Assembly: GCA_003551665.1 (NCBI GenBank)
Contig: PUNE01000124.1
Coordinates: 19,720 to 83,719, forward strand
Source of the DNA: Halobacteroidaceae bacterium
GTDB lineage: Bacteria; Bacillota; Halanaerobiia; B1SED10-174
Direction: 5' to 3'
Length of the DNA: 64,000 nucleotides
Shown here: positions 45,284 through 54,200 of the stretch, in pieces
How positions within the stretch are numbered: the first letter of the stretch is position 1
Layout: every line of letters starts with the position of its first letter
Program-made: the position numbers and the translations under genes
The notes under the pieces: generated by a model
Told to the model about the DNA's origin: nothing
Database searches by the model: none
What the model saw: the letters and a program-made list of their open reading frames with translations, nothing else

Positions 45284-45730
45284 ATGGAAGAAAAACATAT
45301 TGCTCCATGTGGAATGAATTGCAGTTTATGTATTGCTTACCAGTTCGGGGAAAAAGACCTGAATAAAAAGGGGTTTCACAGGAAATACTGTCCTGGCTGC
45401 ATTCCTAGAGGAGAGTACTGCACCCACATGGGAAATAAGTGTGAGCTGGTTGGCAAAGGAAGGGTCCGTTTTTGCCTGGAATGTGAAGCTTTTCCCTGCA
45501 AAAGACTCAAAGCCCTGGACAGGCGTTACCGTACAAAATACCATATGAGCATGATAGAGAACCTTGAATTCATTAAAAATAAGGGTCTAGAAAGATTCCT
45601 GGCAAAAGAAAAGGAAAAGTGGAGCTGCCAGGAATGTGGAGAGTTAATTTGTTGTCATAATGGACTGTGTTTAAATTGCAATCTGGATGTTTTACAAAAA
45701 AACCAAAAATACCGGTGGGAGGAGGGATAG
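45284..45730 (+). CDS. DUF3795-like Cys-rich protein
   Basis: IAPCGMNCSLC, CPGC, FCLECEAFPC, SMIENL, CQECG..CCH...C..C. Confidence 0.75.
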   Translation: MEEKHIAPCGMNCSLCIAYQFGEKDLNKKGFHRKYCPGCIPRGEYCTHMGNKCELVGKGRVRFCLECEAFPCKRLKALDRRYRTKYHMSMIENLEFIKNKGLERFLAKEKEKWSCQECGELICCHNGLCLNCNLDVLQKNQKYRWEEG

Positions 45731-45734
45731 ATGC

Positions 45735-46217
45735 TTGGAAAAAATGGGTGATTATATTTCGGAATATAAGAAACAACTGGAGAAAGGGCAGATTCAGAAA
45801 GCCTATAAAGGGATAATGGGCTTCATGTCAGGTTTAAGGTTATATCTGGGAAAGAAGCACCCGGATTTTATACTCAGCAATTTATATTTCGGTTATATGG
45901 ATATGACCTATTTTGCTTTTACACCTCCTGAATTAAAGGAAAAGAAATTAAAAATCGCTATAGTTTATTTGCATGAACATGGAAAATTTGAGATCTGGCT
46001 GGGGGGGATTAACAGGAAAATTCAATCCCAGTTTATTAAGTTATTGACCAAAAAAGACCTGGGGATATATGAACTATCCCCCGCCCTTCCCGTGGTGGAT
46101 TCAATAATTGAAGCTACTCTGGTGGAAAAACCCGATTTTGACAACTCCCTGGAACTAAAAAAACAAATAGAAAAAAAGGTTTTTGGGTTTATTAAAAACA
46201 TCAGCAATTTCTTATAA
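45735..46217 (+). CDS. Conserved hypothetical protein (DUF7000-like)
   Basis: YFGYMDMTYFAFTP, KLKIAIVYLH..FEIWL.G.N; TTG after GGAGGG. Confidence 0.65.
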   Translation: MEKMGDYISEYKKQLEKGQIQKAYKGIMGFMSGLRLYLGKKHPDFILSNLYFGYMDMTYFAFTPPELKEKKLKIAIVYLHEHGKFEIWLGGINRKIQSQFIKLLTKKDLGIYELSPALPVVDSIIEATLVEKPDFDNSLELKKQIEKKVFGFIKNISNFL

Positions 46218-46391
46218 ATGGGATTTTACCCAAAAGAAAATAGGTTTGCCCTTAAAAAAGGTATTTCCTAAAGATTTTGGTTAATTCTTTTTCCGGAATT
46301 AGAAATTGAGGTAGTTTTACCGTGTAAAAACAGCACCCCACTCCGGGAAGAAGATAAAAGGGGGTTAAGGAAAATTTTCCAGATAATTGGA

Positions 46392-47336
46392 ATGCTTGTG
46401 ATCATAATATTTGCGGTAGTGGTGTTATTTTTGATTGCTTCGATAATTAATCACCGTGTCCAGTTAAGAAAAGAAGCCAGAAAGTACCCGCCCCCAGGAA
46501 AAATGATTAAGGTAAATGGAAAAAAAATGCATGTATATGCAGAAGGGCAAGGGGATATGGTTCTGGTTTTTTTGGCGGGGCATGGGACCAGTAATCCCAC
46601 ACTTGATTTTAAACCATTGTGGAAGAGGTTTGTAGATAAATACCGGATTGTAGTTGTGGAAAAATCAGGTTATGGCTGGAGTGAAGTCTCCAATAGTCCC
46701 AGGGATATAAAAACCATTCTTGCTGACACACGTAAAGCCCTGACGTTGTCAGGAGAGTCAGGCCCATTTGTTCTTATCCCCCATTCGATGTCGGGCTTAG
46801 AGGCAATCTACTGGGCCCAAAAATACCCTGAGGAAGTAAAAGCAATTATAGGGTTGGATCCCTGTACTCCTGGGGCAATTAATGTGCTTCCTGAACCCCA
46901 AAAACTACAATTGGTTTTTATGTTTTTGATATCAAGGATTGGGTTATCAAGATTGATGCCAGATTCTGAAGTGAAGGAGAACTTCCCACTTTTAAAGTCA
47001 GGGGAATTGACTGGAGAAGACAGGGAAAATTACCTTGCAGCCTTTTATAAAAGTGCTTTTTCCAGGGATATGTTGAGGGAGATTAAGTGCTTGAAATATA
47101 ATGCTGAAGAAGTGGCAAAAAATGGAGTCCCTGAAGATACACCCATGTTCTTTTTTATTTCCAACGATCAGGAGATAAGAACCACTGGCTGGAAAAAGGA
47201 ACTAACCGAATTTCTAAAAAATCTTAACATGGGCCATTTTTTAGACCTTGATACCGGACATTATGTTCATTATGATAAAGCCGAATTAATTGCAGAAGAA
47301 GCCAGAATTTTCCTGAAGAATATTGAAAAAAGGTAA
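46392..47336 (+). CDS. Membrane-anchored alpha/beta hydrolase
   Basis: N-terminal TM, GYGWS, nucleophile elbow PHSMSG, IIGLD, GHYVH. Confidence 0.85.
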   Translation: MLVIIIFAVVVLFLIASIINHRVQLRKEARKYPPPGKMIKVNGKKMHVYAEGQGDMVLVFLAGHGTSNPTLDFKPLWKRFVDKYRIVVVEKSGYGWSEVSNSPRDIKTILADTRKALTLSGESGPFVLIPHSMSGLEAIYWAQKYPEEVKAIIGLDPCTPGAINVLPEPQKLQLVFMFLISRIGLSRLMPDSEVKENFPLLKSGELTGEDRENYLAAFYKSAFSRDMLREIKCLKYNAEEVAKNGVPEDTPMFFFISNDQEIRTTGWKKELTEFLKNLNMGHFLDLDTGHYVHYDKAELIAEEARIFLKNIEKR

Positions 47337-47762
47337 AAGCATCATAGCAATAATGGATAGCTAAAAATGATTGTATTGTAATTGAACCCCCATCTTTAAT
47401 TGAGGGAGCAGGGGTGGATAAAAAGTTTGAAAATAAATAGTTAGAAATCAATAAAGGGTTATGGGACAAGCCTTTGAAAAGCCTGGAAATAAAAAAAGGG
47501 AATAGAAAATTTATTTGGATTGGAAATACAGGAGTAAAGAAGATTTTGCACCGGATCCGTTGATTAGAATTGAAAATTATTGGGGTTCTAAGTATATGGA
47601 AGCAAATGATTGTTGGTAAAGATTGCAGTTTTTTTCTAAGCCTCTTGTATTGATTTTTTCGAAGGATATCAGATTATTATCCCATTAGCCTGCTTTGATC
47701 AATTACTACCTTCATAAGATGAGACAGAATATTTTTAGAATATTTCCAGGTTACCGAAAGGA

Positions 47763-47793
47763 AATCTCCGGGAAGGAAACCATCCCGGAGATT
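47763..47793. terminator. Hairpin at the end of the ABC permease (putative terminator)
   Basis: AATCTCCGGGA-N9-TCCCGGAGATT. Confidence 0.6.
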
Positions 47794-47822
47794 GATTTTA
47801 CATAAGAATATAGGCGAAAAAC

Positions 47823-49427
47823 TTACCCGTAAATATCCCGATTTCTATATCCCCAAAAACCTGCTGTAATCAAAACTAAACCAATAGCAGCAAGCAGTAA
47901 TAGTTGGGAAAAAACAATTTTTTCGACGGGATACTGGGGGATATAACCAAAGGGGGTAATCGCAGAAAGCCACTCTGGTAGTTGCAATAAACTGCCCATG
48001 TAAACCACAAAAAAGGAATAACCGAGATACAACCAGGCAAGGGGGGTAATTCCAGGGGCAAATCCCACCAAAATGAGGGATGCGCCGATCATAACCAGGA
48101 CTGCCGGAAAATAGACCAATGCACCTTTTAAGATGGTATTGAAAGCAATTGGGTCCTCAGTTGTAGCGGCTCCGGCAGACCAAAGTCCTGTGGCCCCAAG
48201 GAATAGAGCAATAAACCCCATTAAAACTGCCAGCGCAGTAAAGCTGCCCATTATCCGGGTCCGCGATACTGCCCGCGCCAGTAAATGCTCTGTGCGGTTT
48301 TTGGCTTCCTCTCCTCTCAGCCGCAGGACCATTAGCAAAACCGGAATGGTCCCGACCATAGCAATAACAGCCATTAACATTGGCAAAAATTGTTCAGTTA
48401 GGGTGAACCCCTCTACATCGGGAAGGGCAGACAGAATCAATTCCATTGTCTCCAGGTAGGTTTCCATGTCCCCCATAACTGAGCCGTAAGAAGCTCCCAG
48501 AACAAACATTCCAATAGCCCAACCAATTATTGGAGTGCGCTGAAGCCTTGTGGCCAGGCCCAAAGGAGATTGGAGGAAACCAGAAGCCGTCTTTTTGCCT
48601 GCCCCGGGAGGGATAAAACCGGCTTCCAGATCCCGGACAGAGTGCAAGTAGAAAGCCAGGGCAGTTATTCCAACCCCAACTCCAAAGGTTAAAAGTACGG
48701 GCCACCAGAAATTATTAACATAAACTTCCGCCCTTATTACCCAGCCCAGGGGAGAGAGCCAGGAGATGGCTTCATTTCCAACATCCCCAATTGCTCGCAG
48801 CAGGTAAGCAAGGCCAAGAAAGGTAAAAGAAAGCCCCATGGTTCCCCTGGCGCTTTCGGAAAGCTGGGCAAAGAGGGCTGTGGAAGCAGCAAAGAAGAAC
48901 CCAGAAACTCCAAGGACGGCCCCATAAAGTATTGATCCAGCAAAATCAAGGCCTTCAATTCCCGTTGCGTAGAGGCCGAAGCCTGTAATAAGGGCGAGTA
49001 CCACGTTGGTTGCGAATAAAACCGAAATTGTAGCACCTAAATTGGCCAGCCGCCCAACGGGGAAGGAGCGGATCATTTCGATCCTGCCGTTTTCTTCATC
49101 CCCCCTGGTGTGTCTGGTGACAATAAGGACTGACATAATTCCCACAATCAGGGCAGTAAAAAGAAGCATCTGGTGACCCATGATTGCCCCAAAGTGGTAG
49201 TTGTCCAGGCCAAACCCGGGCCCAAACATTGCTGTTACTGCAGGATTTCTCATGGTTTCGGCCATCACAATTCTTTCTTCTTCGGTGGGAACAAGTTCGG
49301 TATAAGCAAAGGCAACAACAATAGTAAGAAGGATTATTCCAATAAGCCAGATGGGGATGCGAATGCGATCCCGGCGTATTATTAACCGGATATTCCTGGC
49401 AGTTTTGTTAAAAAAACTTTTTATCAT
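47823..49427 (-). CDS. ABC-2 exporter permease (polyketide/tetronasin-exporter-like)
   Basis: RRDR, RHTRGDEENGRIE, LSPLGW, RDL..G, EE...R.E.LLA..VSR; about 12 TM segments. Confidence 0.85.
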   Translation of the reverse strand: MIKSFFNKTARNIRLIIRRDRIRIPIWLIGIILLTIVVAFAYTELVPTEEERIVMAETMRNPAVTAMFGPGFGLDNYHFGAIMGHQMLLFTALIVGIMSVLIVTRHTRGDEENGRIEMIRSFPVGRLANLGATISVLFATNVVLALITGFGLYATGIEGLDFAGSILYGAVLGVSGFFFAASTALFAQLSESARGTMGLSFTFLGLAYLLRAIGDVGNEAISWLSPLGWVIRAEVYVNNFWWPVLLTFGVGVGITALAFYLHSVRDLEAGFIPPGAGKKTASGFLQSPLGLATRLQRTPIIGWAIGMFVLGASYGSVMGDMETYLETMELILSALPDVEGFTLTEQFLPMLMAVIAMVGTIPVLLMVLRLRGEEAKNRTEHLLARAVSRTRIMGSFTALAVLMGFIALFLGATGLWSAGAATTEDPIAFNTILKGALVYFPAVLVMIGASLILVGFAPGITPLAWLYLGYSFFVVYMGSLLQLPEWLSAITPFGYIPQYPVEKIVFSQLLLLAAIGLVLITAGFWGYRNRDIYG

Positions 49428-50320
49428 TTTTCCCCACCCCCGGAAACCCGGTAATGACGCATAAAGAGGTCCTCAAGTGTGGGAGGGGCACTTTCCAGTT
49501 TCTCTATTTCGAATTGGCTCAGGTGTTTTATTACCTCGTTTAGTTTATCTGTGTCAATCTGGAAGGAATATGCACCATTGTTTTCTTCTACTTCATGAAC
49601 ACCGTCGAGTTTTTCTATAGATGGGATGGGCTTCTGGGTTTCCAGGGTAATCCTGGTTCTGGTTAAGTGGTGCAGGTCTTTTAAACTGCCGGATTCAATT
49701 ATTTTCCCCTGGCGGATAATACTAACCTTATCACACAGTCTTTCAACCTCAGAGAGAATGTGGCTGGAAAGAAAAACGCTTTTTCCCTCGTTTTTGGCTT
49801 CAATAACGCATTCCTGGAAAACCTTTTCCATTAGAGGGTCCAGGCCAGCTGAAGGTTCATCCAGGATATAAAGGTCAGCGTCGGCAGAAAAGGCTGCAAC
49901 AAGGGCCACTTTTTGCCGGTTACCTTTGGAATAGGTTCCACATTTTTTTGAAGGGTCCAGGTTAAAACGTTCAATCAATTCTTCCCTGCGGCTCTGGTTG
50001 TTGGATCCCCGCAATTTAACGAATAGGTCAATAACCTCACCGCCGGTAAGGTCAGGCCAGAGATTTACCTCCCCGGGAACATAGGCCACCCTTTTGTGGA
50101 TTTCCACAGCATCTTTCCAGGCATCCATCCCAAACAGGGTAGCATCCCCTTTATCTGCTTTCAAGATCCCGAGCATTACCCGTATAGTTGTGGTTTTGCC
50201 TGCTCCGTTGGGACCAATGAACCCGTAGATTTCACCCTCATTTACTTCCAGATTAATTCCGTCCAGGGCAGTTACATCTCCGAACCTTTTTCCCAGGTTA
50301 GAAATTTTCAGTATGGCCAT
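49424..50320 (-). CDS. ABC exporter ATP-binding subunit
   Basis: GPNGAGKTT, YSKGNRQK, ILDEP, SSHILSEV; ATG 50320 after GGAGG. Confidence 0.93.
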   Translation of the reverse strand: MAILKISNLGKRFGDVTALDGINLEVNEGEIYGFIGPNGAGKTTTIRVMLGILKADKGDATLFGMDAWKDAVEIHKRVAYVPGEVNLWPDLTGGEVIDLFVKLRGSNNQSRREELIERFNLDPSKKCGTYSKGNRQKVALVAAFSADADLYILDEPSAGLDPLMEKVFQECVIEAKNEGKSVFLSSHILSEVERLCDKVSIIRQGKIIESGSLKDLHHLTRTRITLETQKPIPSIEKLDGVHEVEENNGAYSFQIDTDKLNEVIKHLSQFEIEKLESAPPTLEDLFMRHYRVSGGGEK

Positions 50321-50321
50321 T

Positions 50322-50957
50322 TTAGACCTCCTCATTATGATAATAGGCTTTTCTCAAGGCACTGAGAATCGAATAAAACTCTTTCCAGTAAGGATCATAA
50401 TCAATCTGGTTTAAATCCTTACCTTTTAAAATGGAAATTAATTCCTGTTGATAACCTTCCAGGGACCAGTAAATTAACTTGAAAATAAGGTCCTCCTCAA
50501 TATCTTTACGAAAAGAGGAGGTGTCGATATTCTGGAAAAGTTTTTGCCTGCCTTTAATACTGTAATAAGCGATTTTTTCTTTTATTTCTTCATCAATCGA
50601 GTCATCATTTCCAAGAAAAATCGATCCTAAAAAATTAAAAGCATGGGGATTTTTCGCGTAGGCTTCCATTTTAAGGCGGGCTGCTTTACTATAGCGTTTT
50701 AGAAAATCCGGCTCTTTATCATCGAGCTGATCCAGGTACTCATTTTTAATAAATTTTATAGCGTAATCCACCAGCTGGCTGAAGAGTTCTTTTTTGTTCC
50801 GAAAGTAATAAAAAAGAATTCCCTTGCTTATCCCTGCTCTTTGTACAATATTATTGGTTGAGGCTTTTTTAAAACCACGAGAGGAAAACTCCTCCATTGC
50901 TGCATTTAATATTCTTTCCTGTTTTTCCTGACTTAACTTTAAAAAAACTTCATTAAT
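50322..50957 (-). CDS. TetR/AcrR family regulator (probable ATT start; alternative TTG at 50978)
   Basis: ILNAAMEEFSSRGFKKASTNNIVQRAGISKGILFYYFRNKKELF helix-turn-helix. Confidence 0.88.
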   Translation of the reverse strand: MNEVFLKLSQEKQERILNAAMEEFSSRGFKKASTNNIVQRAGISKGILFYYFRNKKELFSQLVDYAIKFIKNEYLDQLDDKEPDFLKRYSKAARLKMEAYAKNPHAFNFLGSIFLGNDDSIDEEIKEKIAYYSIKGRQKLFQNIDTSSFRKDIEEDLIFKLIYWSLEGYQQELISILKGKDLNQIDYDPYWKEFYSILSALRKAYYHNEEV

Positions 50958-50976
50958 GAAGCTCCCCTCCTTTTCC

Positions 50977-51033
50977 AATAAAATTGACCACTTTGGTCAA
51001 TTTTATTATAGCAGCACTTGCAAGATGAGGCAA
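50977..51033 (-). promoter_or_regulatory. TetR operator palindrome overlapping a sigmaA promoter
   Basis: AATAAAATTGACCA-CTT-TGGTCAATTTTATT (50977-51007); minus strand TTGCCT-N17-TATAAT with an extended TG. Confidence 0.75.
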
Positions 51034-51240
51034 TTGTTTTGGAGAAAAAAAGGAGGTAGTCATTTAGAAGGATGGAGGTGGAAGAGTAAAAATTTAAAAG
51101 GAATGCCCAAAAAGAAAAGGGGAAAAAAGGTTAGTTGAAGAATAAGAGGGAGAAATATTTTTTTTCTTTTTTTGGAAAAACCGAGGATTTAATTAAGAGA
51201 ACCCGAGAAGGTTATTTGAGTTTTTCAGGAGGGCAGGTTA

Positions 51241-54200
51241 ATGAAAAATAAAACCCCTAAATTGCGTGCTTTTTTGGAAACCCTACCCCAAGGGTTTTCT
51301 TACCACAAGGTTATAACTGATGAAAGAGGGACCCCGGTGGATTTTATTTTCCTGGAGGTTAACCCCTCTTTTGAAAAAATAACCGGACTTTCAGCAGAAG
51401 ATGTTCTTAACAGGCCGGTTACTGAAGTGTTTCCAGGTATTGAAAAAGAAGAGGATAAATTTATCATAAATGCTGGCAGGGTAGGGCTAGGGGGAGGTTC
51501 TTCTGTTCTGGAGAGATATTTCCCGCACCTGGATAAATGGTTCGAACTCTCAATTTCCAGCGCTGAAAAAGGTTTCTTTGGTGTTTTATTCAGGGATATA
51601 ACCAGAACAAAAAAAACTGAGAAGAGCTTTCGGGAAAGCAGGGAAAAGTATCGGGAAGTTTTATCAACCCTTGATGAGGGAATAATCATTCAGGATTCTT
51701 CAGGTAGAGTTCTGGAGTGCAATGATACAGCTGAGAAGATCCTGGGCTTATCAAAAACGGAAATTTTTCAATCTGAAGGAAAAATTTTTGGAGAACGCCT
51801 GGTGAATAAAGATGGTGAAAAACTGGACTTCCTTGATTCCGATGGGGAAACAGGACAACAAAAAAACCGTGTGATTGGTTTTAAAAAAGATAATGGAGAA
51901 ATTGCCTGGTTAAATTTAAAAAAGAAAAATTTGAATTCTGGGGGACAGGAAAAATCCTTGGATATTATTTCTTTTTCGGAAATCACCCAACAGATTGCAC
52001 TTGAGGAAAAACAAAAACGAAACGAAGAAAAGTACCGCGCCCTGGTTAACCAGTCAGTCGACATGCTTTTTGTCCACGATTTTGAAGGTAATATCCTGGA
52101 GGTTAACCAGGAAACTGTAAAAAGAACGGGTTTTTCCCGGGAAAAACTGCTACAGATGAAGGTTTTTGATCTCCATATTAATCCCGACGATGGAGACTGG
52201 ATTATTCAGGAGTGGAAAAACTGGAAGGTTGGGAATGGACCGGTTACAATTGAGGACTACCACGTCCATGCTGATGGCTCTGTTGTTCCGGTGGAAATAG
52301 CTACGGGGAAGGTAGCCTATGGAGGGCAGGAGTATATACTGGCCCTGGTTCGGGATATTTCGGAACGAAAACAAATGGAAGCAGCTTTGCGAAGCAGCGA
52401 GGAAAATTTGAAAACAACTTTAAATTCAATCGGCGATGCTGTTATAGCTACAGATTTAGAGGGATTAATTGTTCGCATGAATCCTGTTGCAGAAAAATTG
52501 ACCGGGTGGCCTGAGGAGGGAGCCAGGGGAGTGCCTCTTGCTGATGTTTTTAAAATAGTCAATTCGCGTACGGGGGCACCCGTAAAAAACCCCGTGCAGG
52601 AAGTTCTTTCTTCCGGAAAAACAGTTGGCCTTGCCAACCATACGATGTTAATTGGGAAGGATGGCCAAAAATACCAGATTGCAGATTCTGCTTCCCCCAT
52701 TTTAAATCAAGAGGGGGAAATAACCGGCGTGGTGCTTGTTTTTAGGGATATTACCGGGGAATATCAAATTCAGGAAAGGCTTAAGAAAAGTGAAGAAAGG
52801 CATAATCTTGCTATGACTGCTGCTAATGATGGTATCTGGGATTGGAATATCGCGGAGGGGAAGGTATATTTTGACCCTCGTTACTTTACCATGGCTGGTT
52901 ACGAACCGGATGAGTTTCCTCATACCCCTGCGAGCTGGGAAGAAAGAGTCCACCCCGATGATATTGACGGGGCAAAAGAGGCAATTAGGGCCCACCTTTC
53001 TGGAGAAACATCGGAATTAAAAACTGAATTCCGTTTTAAATGCAGGGATGGCAGCTGGATGTGGATATTGGGTCGAGGAAAAATATTAGGAAGAGATGAA
53101 AATGGTAACCCTGAACGCATGGTGGGGATACATTCGGAAATAACTAACCGGAAAAGGGCAGAGGAGGAATTGAAAACCCAAAAAGAACGGCTGGGTTCAT
53201 TTCTCGAGGGGACCGATGTTGGAACCTGGGAGTGGAATGTCCAGACGGGGGAAAATATTTTTAACGAAAAATGGGCAGAAATAATTGGGTACACTCTGGA
53301 GGAGCTGCATCCCACTTCCCTGGAAACCTGGCGAGAACTTGTCCACCCTGAAGATCTGCCAGCCAGCGAAACAATGCTCGAAAAACACCTTAATGGAGAG
53401 GTAGATCTTTATGATATGGAATACCGGATGCAACATAAGGATGGTTGCTGGGTTTGGGTTCAGGATCGGGGTAAGGTGATCTCCTGGACTGAGGATGGGA
53501 AACCTTTATGGTTTTTTGGGACTCACCTGGATATTTCGGAGAGGAAAGAGACCGAAAGAGCCCTCCGGGAGAGCGAAGAAAGATTGCAATTGATGACCAG
53601 AAACTACCACGATGTGGTAGTTGAACTTGATTCAGAGGGGATCTGTAGATATATTTCCCCTTCTTTTAAAAAAGTTTTGGGCAGAGGCAACGAGGTGATC
53701 GGCTACAACCTGTTTGAATTTATCCACCCTGAAGACCTGAAAAGGGTTATTGATGTCTTCCAGAATTCAATTAAAACAGGGGAAGAAGCCAGGATCGAGC
53801 TGAGGTATCGCCACCCCGAAAAGGGTTATATCTGGCTGGAAAGTATTGGCAGCACCTATAAAAACAGAAATAATGAGACAGTTCTCCTGACAACGACCCG
53901 TGATATTTCCCACCGGAAAAAAATTGAACAGGATCTCCTGCAAAGCAAAAACCTGATCGAAGGAATATTTAACAGTATTCAGGATGGGATAAGTGTTCTG
54001 AACCCGGATTTAAGTATCAGGAAAGTTAATAAAGCCATGGAGAAATGGTATGATAAAAACCTGCCTCTTCAGGGGAAAAAGTGTTATGAGGCATACCAAA
54101 ATCGGAGTGAACCTTGCCAGCCCTGTCCATCTCTAAAAGCCATGGAAACAGGGGTGATGCAGGTTGAGGCAGTAAAACTCCCCGATAACATTGAAGGGAT

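Noticed and set aside
47337-47760. AT-rich 420-bp spacer as a pseudogene or sRNA
   Set aside because: Only short open frames with no recognisable homology or structure; cannot be supported without a search.
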